DNA of 64,000 bases, taken from the NCBI GenBank assembly GCA_963797095.1, contig CAWCNY010000002.1, positions 128,001 through 192,000 on the forward strand, in the 5' to 3' direction. The notes beneath the pieces are model-generated. The model worked only from the letters and a program-made list of their open reading frames with translations, did no database searches and was not told the origin of the DNA. Every line of letters starts with the position of its first letter. Position 1 is the first letter of the stretch. This DNA is from an uncultured Chloroflexia bacterium. Its GTDB lineage: Bacteria; Chloroflexota; Chloroflexia; QHBQ01; JADMIH01. Position numbers and translations under genes: made by a program. This document shows, one piece after another, positions 52,001 to 61,138 of this stretch.

Positions 52001-53788
52001 CTACAATTGCGTGAGGTATGCCTCGAACAGGGAGGGCCGTTCCAGGACGTAGCCTTCGAGCACGGGCAGGAGGGACTTTACGTCTACTCGGCCAGTGCCG
52101 AGGGCTGATGCTGCCAGTTGTTCGGCTTCGCGCAGGTCTATTCTCTTTTCGGGGGCTGCCTCCAGCGCCCGAGCGAGTGTGGCGCGTACGATTTCGATTG
52201 CCGCTTTGGATAGGAGGCCCACGCCGGGGACGTAGGTACAGTCGTCTACGTCCAGTTTCTGTGCCAGATTTAGGAGTTCGGTGCGCGAATAGGCTTGCAA
52301 TCGCTCCGCTACTTCTGTTTCAGGCACGAAGCCGCTCGCCCTGGCCTCGGTGCGAATCGCTTCCAGCTGACCATGCGCTGCTTGCTGGCGGGCCTCAACA
52401 GTGCCGTAATCGCGGTCAAGCAAATTGAGCAGATCGGTCGCCACCACTTTGTTCTTATAGGGCACCACGGGGAAAGGCAGCCCCTCGAATATGGCAAGCG
52501 CCTCCTGGGGCACAGCAAGGATCATCGGCTCGTATCCTTCGTGAGCGGCCAGCGACTTCAACTTGGCGACCTTGCGCTCGCGGTAGCCGGGCGACCAGAA
52601 CCCCGCTATCTCCATGAAAACATGCGTGTCGCCTCGCCTGAAACCGAAATCGGGTATAAGCACCACACCCGGCGCGAGCAGCGGCTCAGGCTCGCGCTGT
52701 AGCATCCAACCATGCGTGTAGCCGCCCTTCTGAAGCGATATATATTCCTTATAGAGCCGGGCTTCTACAAGGCTGTCGAATGTCGGCTCTTCCGCTGCGC
52801 TCACCTCGTCGTGGGTTATAGCTGTTCCGACTGAATATGCCGCCGTAGTTTCGGCCACACGACCTTTATTCATCTCGGCATCCTGGGGCGCGTAGCCTAG
52901 CCTGGCAAGCATTTCGGGCGTGACGTGGAAGCGATAGTTACGGTCATACAGGATCAGGTAGGCAGTAGCCGTCACTTCCGCGCCGTCAGGCATAGTCAGG
53001 AGGGTGCGCACCAGGTCGAGCGCCACGTCTGCCAGGCGTCTGCCGTATTTGTCGGCTGTGCCGAACGCCTGCTCAGGTCCGTAGAGGGTGAGCAGGAACC
53101 CGCCCGCCGACTGCTCGATATCGACAAGCACTCCACGCCGCTTCGCCAGGAAGTAGACCCGCTTCAGCGCCGCGCCCGGCAGCCTGCTCATGGCTACCTC
53201 AACACGGGTGGCGTGTGCCAGCAGGGTCTTGACCGCACCCCGATTGTACTGGGTGAGCACATCGCGCGGTTCGGGACGCTCGCCTGTGCGCGTGAGCACC
53301 GCCACGCCTTCCGAATCGAGGTTCGCCAGCGCGTCTACCAGATTTGGGTCGGGGGGAAGGCCCCACTTGCCCGCCAGCGTCGCCAGCAAGAGGTCGCGCT
53401 TACCGGGTGAAGCGAACCCTCCATAGGTGGTATTCGCCTCGTCCCAGATCGCGAACCGCACATCAGAGGCGCTTTCGATCCCCTGCCCTTTGAGCGCCGC
53501 TATCTGCGCCGCGGTGAGCACATCCGCGAAGGTGGGCTGGACGAAAGAGTAGCGCGTGAAAAGGCATGCTTCCACGCAACGCCCCAGCCTGTAGTCGCCC
53601 ATCACGGCTTCCAGCGCGCCTGTATCGTACTCGCTACGCATCTTGCCAACAGAATCTTCGCACAGGTTGGTCGCCTGCTCTAGCTCTCGCAGGGCCGCGC
53701 GCCCGTGCAACAGCTTCGGCACAACCGCGAATTCGCCATAGGGGTCGCGCACTGTGCGGCGCTTGAGGTTGGTGAGTGAAAAGAGCAT
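52001..53788 (-). CDS. DUF790 / Bax1-like endonuclease
   Basis: QYNR.AVKTLL, LYGP..AF....KYG, FDSLVE, IPDF...EIAGFWSPGYRERK. Confidence 0.85.
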   Translation of the reverse strand: MLFSLTNLKRRTVRDPYGEFAVVPKLLHGRAALRELEQATNLCEDSVGKMRSEYDTGALEAVMGDYRLGRCVEACLFTRYSFVQPTFADVLTAAQIAALKGQGIESASDVRFAIWDEANTTYGGFASPGKRDLLLATLAGKWGLPPDPNLVDALANLDSEGVAVLTRTGERPEPRDVLTQYNRGAVKTLLAHATRVEVAMSRLPGAALKRVYFLAKRRGVLVDIEQSAGGFLLTLYGPEQAFGTADKYGRRLADVALDLVRTLLTMPDGAEVTATAYLILYDRNYRFHVTPEMLARLGYAPQDAEMNKGRVAETTAAYSVGTAITHDEVSAAEEPTFDSLVEARLYKEYISLQKGGYTHGWMLQREPEPLLAPGVVLIPDFGFRRGDTHVFMEIAGFWSPGYRERKVAKLKSLAAHEGYEPMILAVPQEALAIFEGLPFPVVPYKNKVVATDLLNLLDRDYGTVEARQQAAHGQLEAIRTEARASGFVPETEVAERLQAYSRTELLNLAQKLDVDDCTYVPGVGLLSKAAIEIVRATLARALEAAPEKRIDLREAEQLAASALGTGRVDVKSLLPVLEGYVLERPSLFEAYLTQL

Positions 53789-55200
53789 TACGACTTGCGC
53801 CTGCTGGCGATGTTTTCCTCGGTAGTTTCCTCTGTCACTACCTCATAGAGGACCGCTTGCGATTGCTTGGGGCGGAGGATGCGGCCCAGCCTCTGTATGA
53901 ACTCGCGCTTGGTGGCGCTGCCGCTCAATATGATCGCTACATTGGCGTCGGGTATATCGACCCCCTCGTTCAGCACACGGCCCGTCGCCAGCTTGGTGAA
54001 GCGTCCCGACCTGAAGCCGTCGAGGATCGCTTTGCGCTCGGCTGGCGGTGTCTTATGCGTCACCGAGGGCACGCAGTAGCGGTCGGATACCGTGTCGACC
54101 AGCGCATTGTACTCTGAGAAGACAAGCACCCGGTCGTCGCTGTGCCTTTCCAGCAGTTCGCCCACTATGTTGAGCTTGCCGCTAGCGCTGAGGGCGATCT
54201 TGCGCGCTGCCTGGTGCGCCAGCAGTGCTTCGCGGGCGGCGGGGTCGTTGCCGCTCCTCAGGATCAGGTGGCGCTCGTAATCGCTGCCGGACCTCATGCT
54301 GATATGATGCCTTCGCAGAAAGTTCCTGTATATCCCGGCGGCCTGCTCGTAGCGTGCGCGCTCCTCGTCGCTCAGGGCCACCGGGATGCGCTCGGTGCGG
54401 TAATCCGCGATGTGGCGTCCCTCGCGCAGGTGGGCGGGGAGGCGCTCGTACACTACAGGCCCCACGAGGCGATCCAGGTCGGCGTGACGCAGGTCGCTTC
54501 GCTCAGGGGTGGCGCTCAGGCCGAGGCGGGCGGTGGCGATTGAGCCTTCAGCCACTGTGCGATAGGTGTCCGCCGGCAGGTGGTGTACCTCGTCGAACAC
54601 GAGCAGCCCGAACCCTTGCAATGAGCGCATGTGTATGGCCGCCGAGTCGTATGTGACCACCGTCACGGGGCGCAACTCTTTATCGCCGCCTCCCCACACG
54701 CCGACCTCTTCTTCAGTGAGATTAGTGTTCGACAGCAGAGATGCGCGCCACTGCGCCAGCAGATCGAGGGTGGGCACGCAAATTAGGGTGGTGGTATTGA
54801 GCGCCGCCAGAGCCGTGAACGCCACCAGTGTCTTGCCCGCGCCCGTTGGTAGCACGACCACGCCCTTATAGGCGGCTGCCTTCCACGCCTCCAACGCCTC
54901 CGCCTGGTATGGCCTCGGCTGCATGTCTACTTCTACGGCGTGGGGTAGGGGCGGGCGTAAATCGAAGCTCTTCTTGAGCGCGTAATGGGCGCGCAAGGCT
55001 GCGCAGATGGCTAGATAATCAATAGGTAGGGCGCGCAGGCACTTACGCCGCGTGTCATGCACGATGCGACCGCGCCAGCCCATTTCGCTCAATTCCGCGT
55101 GCAACTCTTCGGGCGTGATACCTTCGGGCGGGAAGAGCAGGAGGTCGTTGGCGGCGAGCGCCAGCGTGATTGCGGGTTTGGGGTTCTTGCCTGCTGTCAT
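53788..55200 (-). CDS. XPB/Rad25-like SF2 helicase
   Basis: PRPYQ, LPTGAGKT, DEVHH, SATPER, LNEGVDIP, QRLGRILR. Confidence 0.9.
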   Translation of the reverse strand: MTAGKNPKPAITLALAANDLLLFPPEGITPEELHAELSEMGWRGRIVHDTRRKCLRALPIDYLAICAALRAHYALKKSFDLRPPLPHAVEVDMQPRPYQAEALEAWKAAAYKGVVVLPTGAGKTLVAFTALAALNTTTLICVPTLDLLAQWRASLLSNTNLTEEEVGVWGGGDKELRPVTVVTYDSAAIHMRSLQGFGLLVFDEVHHLPADTYRTVAEGSIATARLGLSATPERSDLRHADLDRLVGPVVYERLPAHLREGRHIADYRTERIPVALSDEERARYEQAAGIYRNFLRRHHISMRSGSDYERHLILRSGNDPAAREALLAHQAARKIALSASGKLNIVGELLERHSDDRVLVFSEYNALVDTVSDRYCVPSVTHKTPPAERKAILDGFRSGRFTKLATGRVLNEGVDIPDANVAIILSGSATKREFIQRLGRILRPKQSQAVLYEVVTEETTEENIASRRKS

Positions 55201-56081
55201 AGTTCGTGGATGGCGGGGATGATCTCCTGCCGGAACGGGTCGAGCGTGGCGGGATCATCGATGTTGGGCACGCTGAGGTGGAAGTAGTCGAAGCCGAGCG
55301 CGGCCAACTGGCGGGCGTGTTCGATTACCAACTCGGAGGAGAGTTTGCCCGAATCGTCCCGCATCGCTTTCTGGTCGGCGATCACTGTTTTGCTGATGGC
55401 GGAGTAGGGGCGGCCTTCGGCCTCGCAATGGCCGCGCAACACATCAAGCTTGTGAGTGAGCCATTCGCTGCCGTGGTTGGCGAAGAAGTTGCAGGCGTTG
55501 GCGTACTTCGCTACATAGCGAAGGGTTTTGGTTTCGCCGTGTCCGCCCACCAGGATTGGAGGGTGGGGCCCGGTGATGGGCTGGGGTGAGCAGAGGGTTT
55601 CGGTGAGGGTGTAGTGCTTGCCTTCAAAGCCGACGGCGCGACCTGACCACATGAGATGTGCGATTTGCAGCGTTTCTTCGAGGCGTTCGAGGCGGTCTTT
55701 GACGGGGGGGAAAGGCACGCCGAGGCCCAGGTGCTCACGCTCGAACCAACCCGCGCCGAGGCCGAGCCACGCCCTCCCGCCTGAAAGGACATCCAGCGTC
55801 GTGACGATCTTGATCAATATGCCGGGGTGGCGGTAGGTGACGCCCGACACCATGACACCCAATTCGATGCGCGATGTCTGCCCAGCGATGAAGCCGAGCG
55901 TGGTGTAGGCTTCGGGCATGGGGTCTCTCAGGTTGCCGAGCGTCTGGAAAAAGTGGTCCATGACCCAGATGCTATCGAAACCCGCTTCTTCTGCACGCTT
56001 GGCGATTGCCCCTGTTATGGGGCCGATTCGTGCTGGGCCGCCATCCCAGGCGAATTGTACGAGTTGTAAGCCGATCTTCAT
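55197..56081 (-). CDS. LLM-class F420-dependent oxidoreductase
   Basis: AEEAGFDSIWVMDHF, YRHPG, LDVLSGGR, LGLGAGW, PPILVGG. Confidence 0.88.
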   Translation of the reverse strand: MKIGLQLVQFAWDGGPARIGPITGAIAKRAEEAGFDSIWVMDHFFQTLGNLRDPMPEAYTTLGFIAGQTSRIELGVMVSGVTYRHPGILIKIVTTLDVLSGGRAWLGLGAGWFEREHLGLGVPFPPVKDRLERLEETLQIAHLMWSGRAVGFEGKHYTLTETLCSPQPITGPHPPILVGGHGETKTLRYVAKYANACNFFANHGSEWLTHKLDVLRGHCEAEGRPYSAISKTVIADQKAMRDDSGKLSSELVIEHARQLAALGFDYFHLSVPNIDDPATLDPFRQEIIPAIHEL

Positions 56082-56143
56082 GGTGGGAAGTTTGTCGGTA
56101 GTCGGTAGTCGGTAGTCAGGAACCAGGAACTTGGGACTTCCGG

Positions 56144-57502
56144 CTACCGGCTACCCTCCATCCGCCTGGCTTTCGCCTGCACACGCAGGAGCCTGTGCTC
56201 CAACTCTGCCCGCTCAACCGCGTTGGTGGCTCGTGTCTGGGCCATCAGGGTGTACTCGATGGCGGTCATATAGTTGCGGGCGCGATGCTCGTAGTGCTTG
56301 GCAAGCTCCAGGTAGGGGAACATCAGGTGCGTGCCCTCGGAGGCCAGCCGCGCCCAGATCGCCACGGCTTCGTCGCGCTGTTGGAGGTGCTTATACAGGT
56401 AACTGAGGCGGCGCAGTATCGCGTTGCGTATCTCAGGTGAGGGACGCAGCGACAAGGCCCGCTCGAAGGCTCGCAGGCTATCGGTGTACTTGCCCATGTC
56501 CTCGTACAGCTTGCCCAGCCCGAATAGCTCGCTGGCCTCCAGGTCGGCCTCGTCCGGCCTGTCCAGTATGCGCGACACGTGCCCGGTCAGCGCCACCAGC
56601 GTCAGCAAGTCATGCTCATTGTGCTCAAACACTGGCAGCACATGCCCTACGTGGTTCGCCCGTAGGTACTGGAAATAGAGGGATGGTATGCGCCACCCCG
56701 GCACATCAAACCCGCGCCGGAAGCCAAGCACGTTGCTCTCCAGCGTTTCCAGAGAGCACGACTCGAACCTGTCGCGCCACAGCCTGCGCGATGGGTGTAG
56801 CATATCGAGGTGTGGTGGGTCGCGCAGCACGCATTTCAAGCGCGTGTAAATATAGCGCGTCTCAAGCAGAGGCCAGTCGAACGTCTTGCCATTGAACGTG
56901 ACCACCGCCTCGAACCGCGTAAAAAGGTCGTTGAGAGCGCGTAAGAGGGCTCTTTCGGCGGATACATCGCTCAGGAAATACTGGCGTACTACCAGTTCAT
57001 CACCCGTGTCTGAGAAGAAGGCCACCCCCACCAGGAACACATAGGTGCCTGTGCCCCCCGATAGCCCTGTTGTCTCCGTATCGAGGAAAAGGAGCTTGCG
57101 CGGGTGGATATCGCGTAGGGAGGGGGCTTTGCCTACCTCCCACAACATGGTGGGGCGAGCGTGCAGGAGAGCCCCGAGATACACAGGTCCGCGAGTCAGC
57201 GTGACCGCGAATTTGCGCTCCACGTAGTAGCAAGGCCCATCGTCAGTTTCGTGCCATTGTCCGGGTAAAGCTTTGTCGATCGTGCTTGCAGAGCGGACGA
57301 AGGACGAGGGCCGAAGGACGGACGACGACAATTCTGGTGTGAAGCGTGGACCGACGAAAGGCGAAGTAACGTCGTCTTTCGTCTTTCGGCCTTCGTCCTC
57401 CAGCCCAGGCTCGTACTCGGCCACGCCATCAGGTGGCAAGGGGGTCGCGCCCGGTACACGAGGGCGCACACCCATAGCTTTTAGCCGTTCTCGAAGGTCC
57501 AT
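56144..57502 (-). CDS. YprB/MrfB-like DEDD exonuclease with C-terminal TPR
   Basis: FLDTETTGL, TFNGKTFD, HLDMLH, HNEHD, TPR-like helices (ELAKHYEHR). Confidence 0.88.
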   Translation of the reverse strand: MDLRERLKAMGVRPRVPGATPLPPDGVAEYEPGLEDEGRKTKDDVTSPFVGPRFTPELSSSVLRPSSFVRSASTIDKALPGQWHETDDGPCYYVERKFAVTLTRGPVYLGALLHARPTMLWEVGKAPSLRDIHPRKLLFLDTETTGLSGGTGTYVFLVGVAFFSDTGDELVVRQYFLSDVSAERALLRALNDLFTRFEAVVTFNGKTFDWPLLETRYIYTRLKCVLRDPPHLDMLHPSRRLWRDRFESCSLETLESNVLGFRRGFDVPGWRIPSLYFQYLRANHVGHVLPVFEHNEHDLLTLVALTGHVSRILDRPDEADLEASELFGLGKLYEDMGKYTDSLRAFERALSLRPSPEIRNAILRRLSYLYKHLQQRDEAVAIWARLASEGTHLMFPYLELAKHYEHRARNYMTAIEYTLMAQTRATNAVERAELEHRLLRVQAKARRMEGSR

Positions 57503-57563
57503 CGGTCAGGGATCGGAAATAACGAGTGACGAGTGACGAGCGGTGTTGCTCGCCATTGTGGTA

Positions 57564-57605
57564 AGTGTAGCACAAATGACCGAAAAAGAGCAAAGGTTAT
57601 CCACA
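57564..57605 (-). promoter_or_regulatory. Putative promoter with adjacent consensus DnaA box
   Basis: Minus strand TTGCTC-18 bp-TACACT (extended TG); TTATCCACA at 57597-57605. Confidence 0.45.
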
Positions 57606-57918
57606 CTATGGGTGTTCTTATCGGGTGTTCTCATCGCGTGCGTATTCTCCAGCCACAAGCGATAACGCTGTCGCATGAAGCCCCTGAAATATGCTCCCTA
57701 CTCCCTGAGTCCCATTCCGCATTCCACACTTCGCACTCCGAACCAGGAAAAACTGTACCAAAGCACACCCAAAACCTGTCCAGTTTTGCCCCACCAATGT
57801 CATTGAGTTAATGGAGGCCAAGAATGACCATATTTTGACTCACTCATGTTGATCTGGTACAACAGGGCGAACCTATTGGTACGTCCTGGCATACCTACGC
57901 AGCAGGAGAGGAATAATC

Positions 57919-60855
57919 ATGCGAATTAGAAAACTCACCATAGTGCTTGTCACTATGGCCTTGCTATCGGCTCTGGCCCCTGTGTTGGCCGGGCGCTTCA
58001 CCGTCTCGGCATCTCCCGATACGGGCAGCCCCTGGACCCGCTATCAGCTTTCGGGCGGCACAATCAACGACATAGACGCCATCTCCGCTACCGATGCATG
58101 GGCGGGAGGCAACGACGGCATCCTGGCCCACTGGGATGGCTCCTCCTGGCAGGCGGTCGATGCCAGCAAGACGATCGAAGCTAATCAAGTCAGTACCCTC
58201 GATATGCTTGCCTCCAATAGTGTGTGGGCATACGCGGGTGGCCTCTTTATCCTCTACGATGGCTCAGCCTGGACGACCGTCCCTGATAGCGTCAGTTCGA
58301 CTATGTACTCTATATCTATGCTCTCCTCCACCGACGGTTGGACCTCCGGCACCGATGCCCACTTCGGCCACTGGGATGGCTCCAATTGGTCCGAGATCAC
58401 CGCCAGCCCGTCAGTCACTGAGACGATGTACTCTATATCTATGCTCTCATCCACAGATGGCTGGGCCGTGGGCGGCACCGTCATCCCCAACGTTGGCATG
58501 CAGGGCAAGATCGCCCGCTGGAACGGCACATCCTGGGATGCCTTCCCCTCGCCCGTCACCAATCGCATCTTCTACGGCGTCGATTTCTCCTCGCCCACGG
58601 AAGGGTGGGTGGTTGGCGTGGGCGGCACTACCGAGCACTGGAACGGCACAAACTGGACCCTCGTGCCCCCTCCCGGCTCTTGCCAGCTTTCATGCGGAGC
58701 CGTCAACCTCAGCGCGATCTACTCTATAAACGCCAACGACGCGTGGGCTGTAGGTTCTACCAATGGCTGGACATCCAACACCTGGCACTGGGATGGCTTG
58801 GTGTGGACCGAGATCAACGCTCCTACCGGCGCGCCCCTCCACAGCGTAGTTATGCTTGCACCGAACAATGGGTGGTCGGTGGCAGACCGAGGCACGATTT
58901 ACCACTGGGATGGCACCTCATGGTCGGTAGCAACTACACAATGGCTCACCAACGGCCTCTACGCGCTCGATTTCGTCTCCCCAGACGATGGTTGGGCCGT
59001 GGGCGTGCTCAACCAGAGCACCCCTCCCGCCTGGGGCCTCCAGCACTGGAACGGTTCTGCCTGGACCGAATACCAGCCCCCTTCGTACACACCAGGACCC
59101 ATGAAAGATGTTGATATGCTCGCCAGCGACCAGGTGTGGGCCGTCGGCTCGCAAGCTGTCTTCTACTGGCACGGCTCGACCTGGACCCAGCAGAGCGCCA
59201 CCGGCAACTTCATGGACGCGCTCTCGATGGTGTCACCTACCGATGGGTGGGCCGTCGGCTCGTCGGGCAAAATAGTGCATTTCGACGGCACCTCATGGAC
59301 CAACTACACCAGCCCCACCACCACCAACCTGTGGTCCCTCGATATGGTGAACGCCGATGAGGGGTGGGCAGGCGGCACGCTTGGCCTCATGCTTCACTAC
59401 CAAAGCGGCACCTGGAGTCAGGTTGCCCCTAATCCCGGTACCACCACAATCGAGGCGATCCAGATGCTGGATGCCAACGAAGGGTGGGCGGTTGGCTACA
59501 ACGGCGAGATCCTCCACTACACGGGAGGCACGTGGTCGCCCGTATCAAGCCCTGTAACCACCAACCTGCTAGGCATTGATATGCTGGACGCCAACGAAGG
59601 ATGGGCTGTAGGTGCATCGGCTGCCGGCGGCACGTCGGCCATCCTCCACTATTCAGGGGGCACATGGTCGGTGGTAGATAGCCCGACGCGCAACAACCTG
59701 CGCGACGTGTATGTGTTCCCCGACGGCCGGGGTTGGGCGGTCGGAGAATCGCCGGGCGTCAAGCTCTACATGGGGGATGTGTTCGGGGGTGGCACGCCAA
59801 CGCCCACCCCCACAGGCGCGCCCGCTACCAATACTCCCACATCAACCTTGACAGCTACCAATACGCCTACGCCCACTACGATAGCAACAAATACAAATAC
59901 CCCCACCGGCACCTCAGCTCCTCCTACAAGCACAAATACGCCTTCACCATCTTCAACCGCACCTCCAGCTACAGCCACAGCCACAGCCACAGGCAACACG
60001 CCAACATCTACTGCAACCACTATGGCCGCAAGTGCCACCCCCACCAATGAGGCCACTGCTACTGCTACTGCGGTCTCTACTTCTGAGGCTACCCCCTCCT
60101 CTACGTCATCTGCCACCCCCACCGCGCAGAATACCTCCACGCCCGGTGCGACCAACACAGCAGCCCCCACGAATACGCCGGGAGAGGTGACAGCTACCCC
60201 CACAGCATGTACCCTTGAGTTCACCGATGTGCTGCCTGGCTCAACGTTCTACGACAACATCAAGTGCCTGGCTTGTAGAGGCATTATCAACGGCTACTCG
60301 TCAGGCTGTGATACAGGTAACCCTTGCTTCAAGCCTGCTAACCTGGTCACCAGGGGACAACTCGCAAAGATAGCCTCCAATGCTGCTGGCTTCAACGACC
60401 CAACAGGTCCTCAGCAGTATGAAGATGTGCCTCTTGGCTCTACCTTCTTTGAGTACATCTGGCAGCTGACCATCAGAGGGTATGTCAACGGCTACCCTTG
60501 TGGTGGAGCAGGAGAACCGTGTGGTGCAGGCAACCTGCCGTACTTCAGACCTAATGCGAACATCACGAGAGGGCAAATCTCGAAGATAATCTCGAATGCA
60601 GCAGGGCTGACAGCACCGGCAGGCTCTCAGCAGTTCCAGGACGTGCTGCCAGGGTCAACATTCTACGAGTACATCTGGAGGCTGACAGCATTGGGAGTGA
60701 TGAACGGGTACGCATGTGGAGGAGTGGGAGAGCCATGTGTAGGCCCTGCCAACCTGCCATACTTCAGGCCAGGCTCCAATGCCACCAGAGGACAGGCGAG
60801 TAAGATAGTGGCTAACACATTCTTACCCGGTTGCCAGACACCCTACTCACCGTGA
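57919..60855 (+). CDS. Secreted beta-propeller repeat protein with long Thr/Pro linker and 3x Cys-loop SLH
   Basis: Signal peptide, more than 10 ~45-aa repeats (GWAVG..G.I.HWDGT.W), SLH cassette. Confidence 0.85.
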   Translation: MRIRKLTIVLVTMALLSALAPVLAGRFTVSASPDTGSPWTRYQLSGGTINDIDAISATDAWAGGNDGILAHWDGSSWQAVDASKTIEANQVSTLDMLASNSVWAYAGGLFILYDGSAWTTVPDSVSSTMYSISMLSSTDGWTSGTDAHFGHWDGSNWSEITASPSVTETMYSISMLSSTDGWAVGGTVIPNVGMQGKIARWNGTSWDAFPSPVTNRIFYGVDFSSPTEGWVVGVGGTTEHWNGTNWTLVPPPGSCQLSCGAVNLSAIYSINANDAWAVGSTNGWTSNTWHWDGLVWTEINAPTGAPLHSVVMLAPNNGWSVADRGTIYHWDGTSWSVATTQWLTNGLYALDFVSPDDGWAVGVLNQSTPPAWGLQHWNGSAWTEYQPPSYTPGPMKDVDMLASDQVWAVGSQAVFYWHGSTWTQQSATGNFMDALSMVSPTDGWAVGSSGKIVHFDGTSWTNYTSPTTTNLWSLDMVNADEGWAGGTLGLMLHYQSGTWSQVAPNPGTTTIEAIQMLDANEGWAVGYNGEILHYTGGTWSPVSSPVTTNLLGIDMLDANEGWAVGASAAGGTSAILHYSGGTWSVVDSPTRNNLRDVYVFPDGRGWAVGESPGVKLYMGDVFGGGTPTPTPTGAPATNTPTSTLTATNTPTPTTIATNTNTPTGTSAPPTSTNTPSPSSTAPPATATATATGNTPTSTATTMAASATPTNEATATATAVSTSEATPSSTSSATPTAQNTSTPGATNTAAPTNTPGEVTATPTACTLEFTDVLPGSTFYDNIKCLACRGIINGYSSGCDTGNPCFKPANLVTRGQLAKIASNAAGFNDPTGPQQYEDVPLGSTFFEYIWQLTIRGYVNGYPCGGAGEPCGAGNLPYFRPNANITRGQISKIISNAAGLTAPAGSQQFQDVLPGSTFYEYIWRLTALGVMNGYACGGVGEPCVGPANLPYFRPGSNATRGQASKIVANTFLPGCQTPYSP

Positions 60856-60897
60856 AGATATTTATCAAACGAATCAAGAAAACTACTCGTTTTATCG

Positions 60898-60927
60898 TTG
60901 ACATCTACTAGCAGCGGTTGCTACAAT
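60898..60927 (+). promoter_or_regulatory. Sigma70 promoter
   Basis: TTGACA-18 bp-TACAAT with extended TG. Confidence 0.7.
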
Positions 60928-61138
60928 AGACATACTTTGCCGCTGACAGGTATGCGGACGCGGATGTTCCTATTTTGGGCAGGCTGAAGATCCTCCCATT
61001 GTCTTAAGCCTGCTTGATATGCATCAGCATGCATTGCTTGCATTTCGTTACCTGTTACTTCACTTATTATGTGTTACCTCACGCGGCATGTCTGTTTGTT
61101 CGTTGCACATGTAGGAAAGGATAGGAGAGAATACGGTA

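Noticed and set aside
57610-57632. GGGTGTTCT direct repeat as a LexA site for the repair cluster
   Set aside because: Spacing fits neither GAAC-N4-GTTC nor GTTC-N7-GTTC
60930-61138. Riboswitch in long SLH-gene leaders (also 12300-12590)
   Set aside because: Only short hairpins; no match to c-di-GMP or c-di-AMP consensus by eye; an Rfam search is needed
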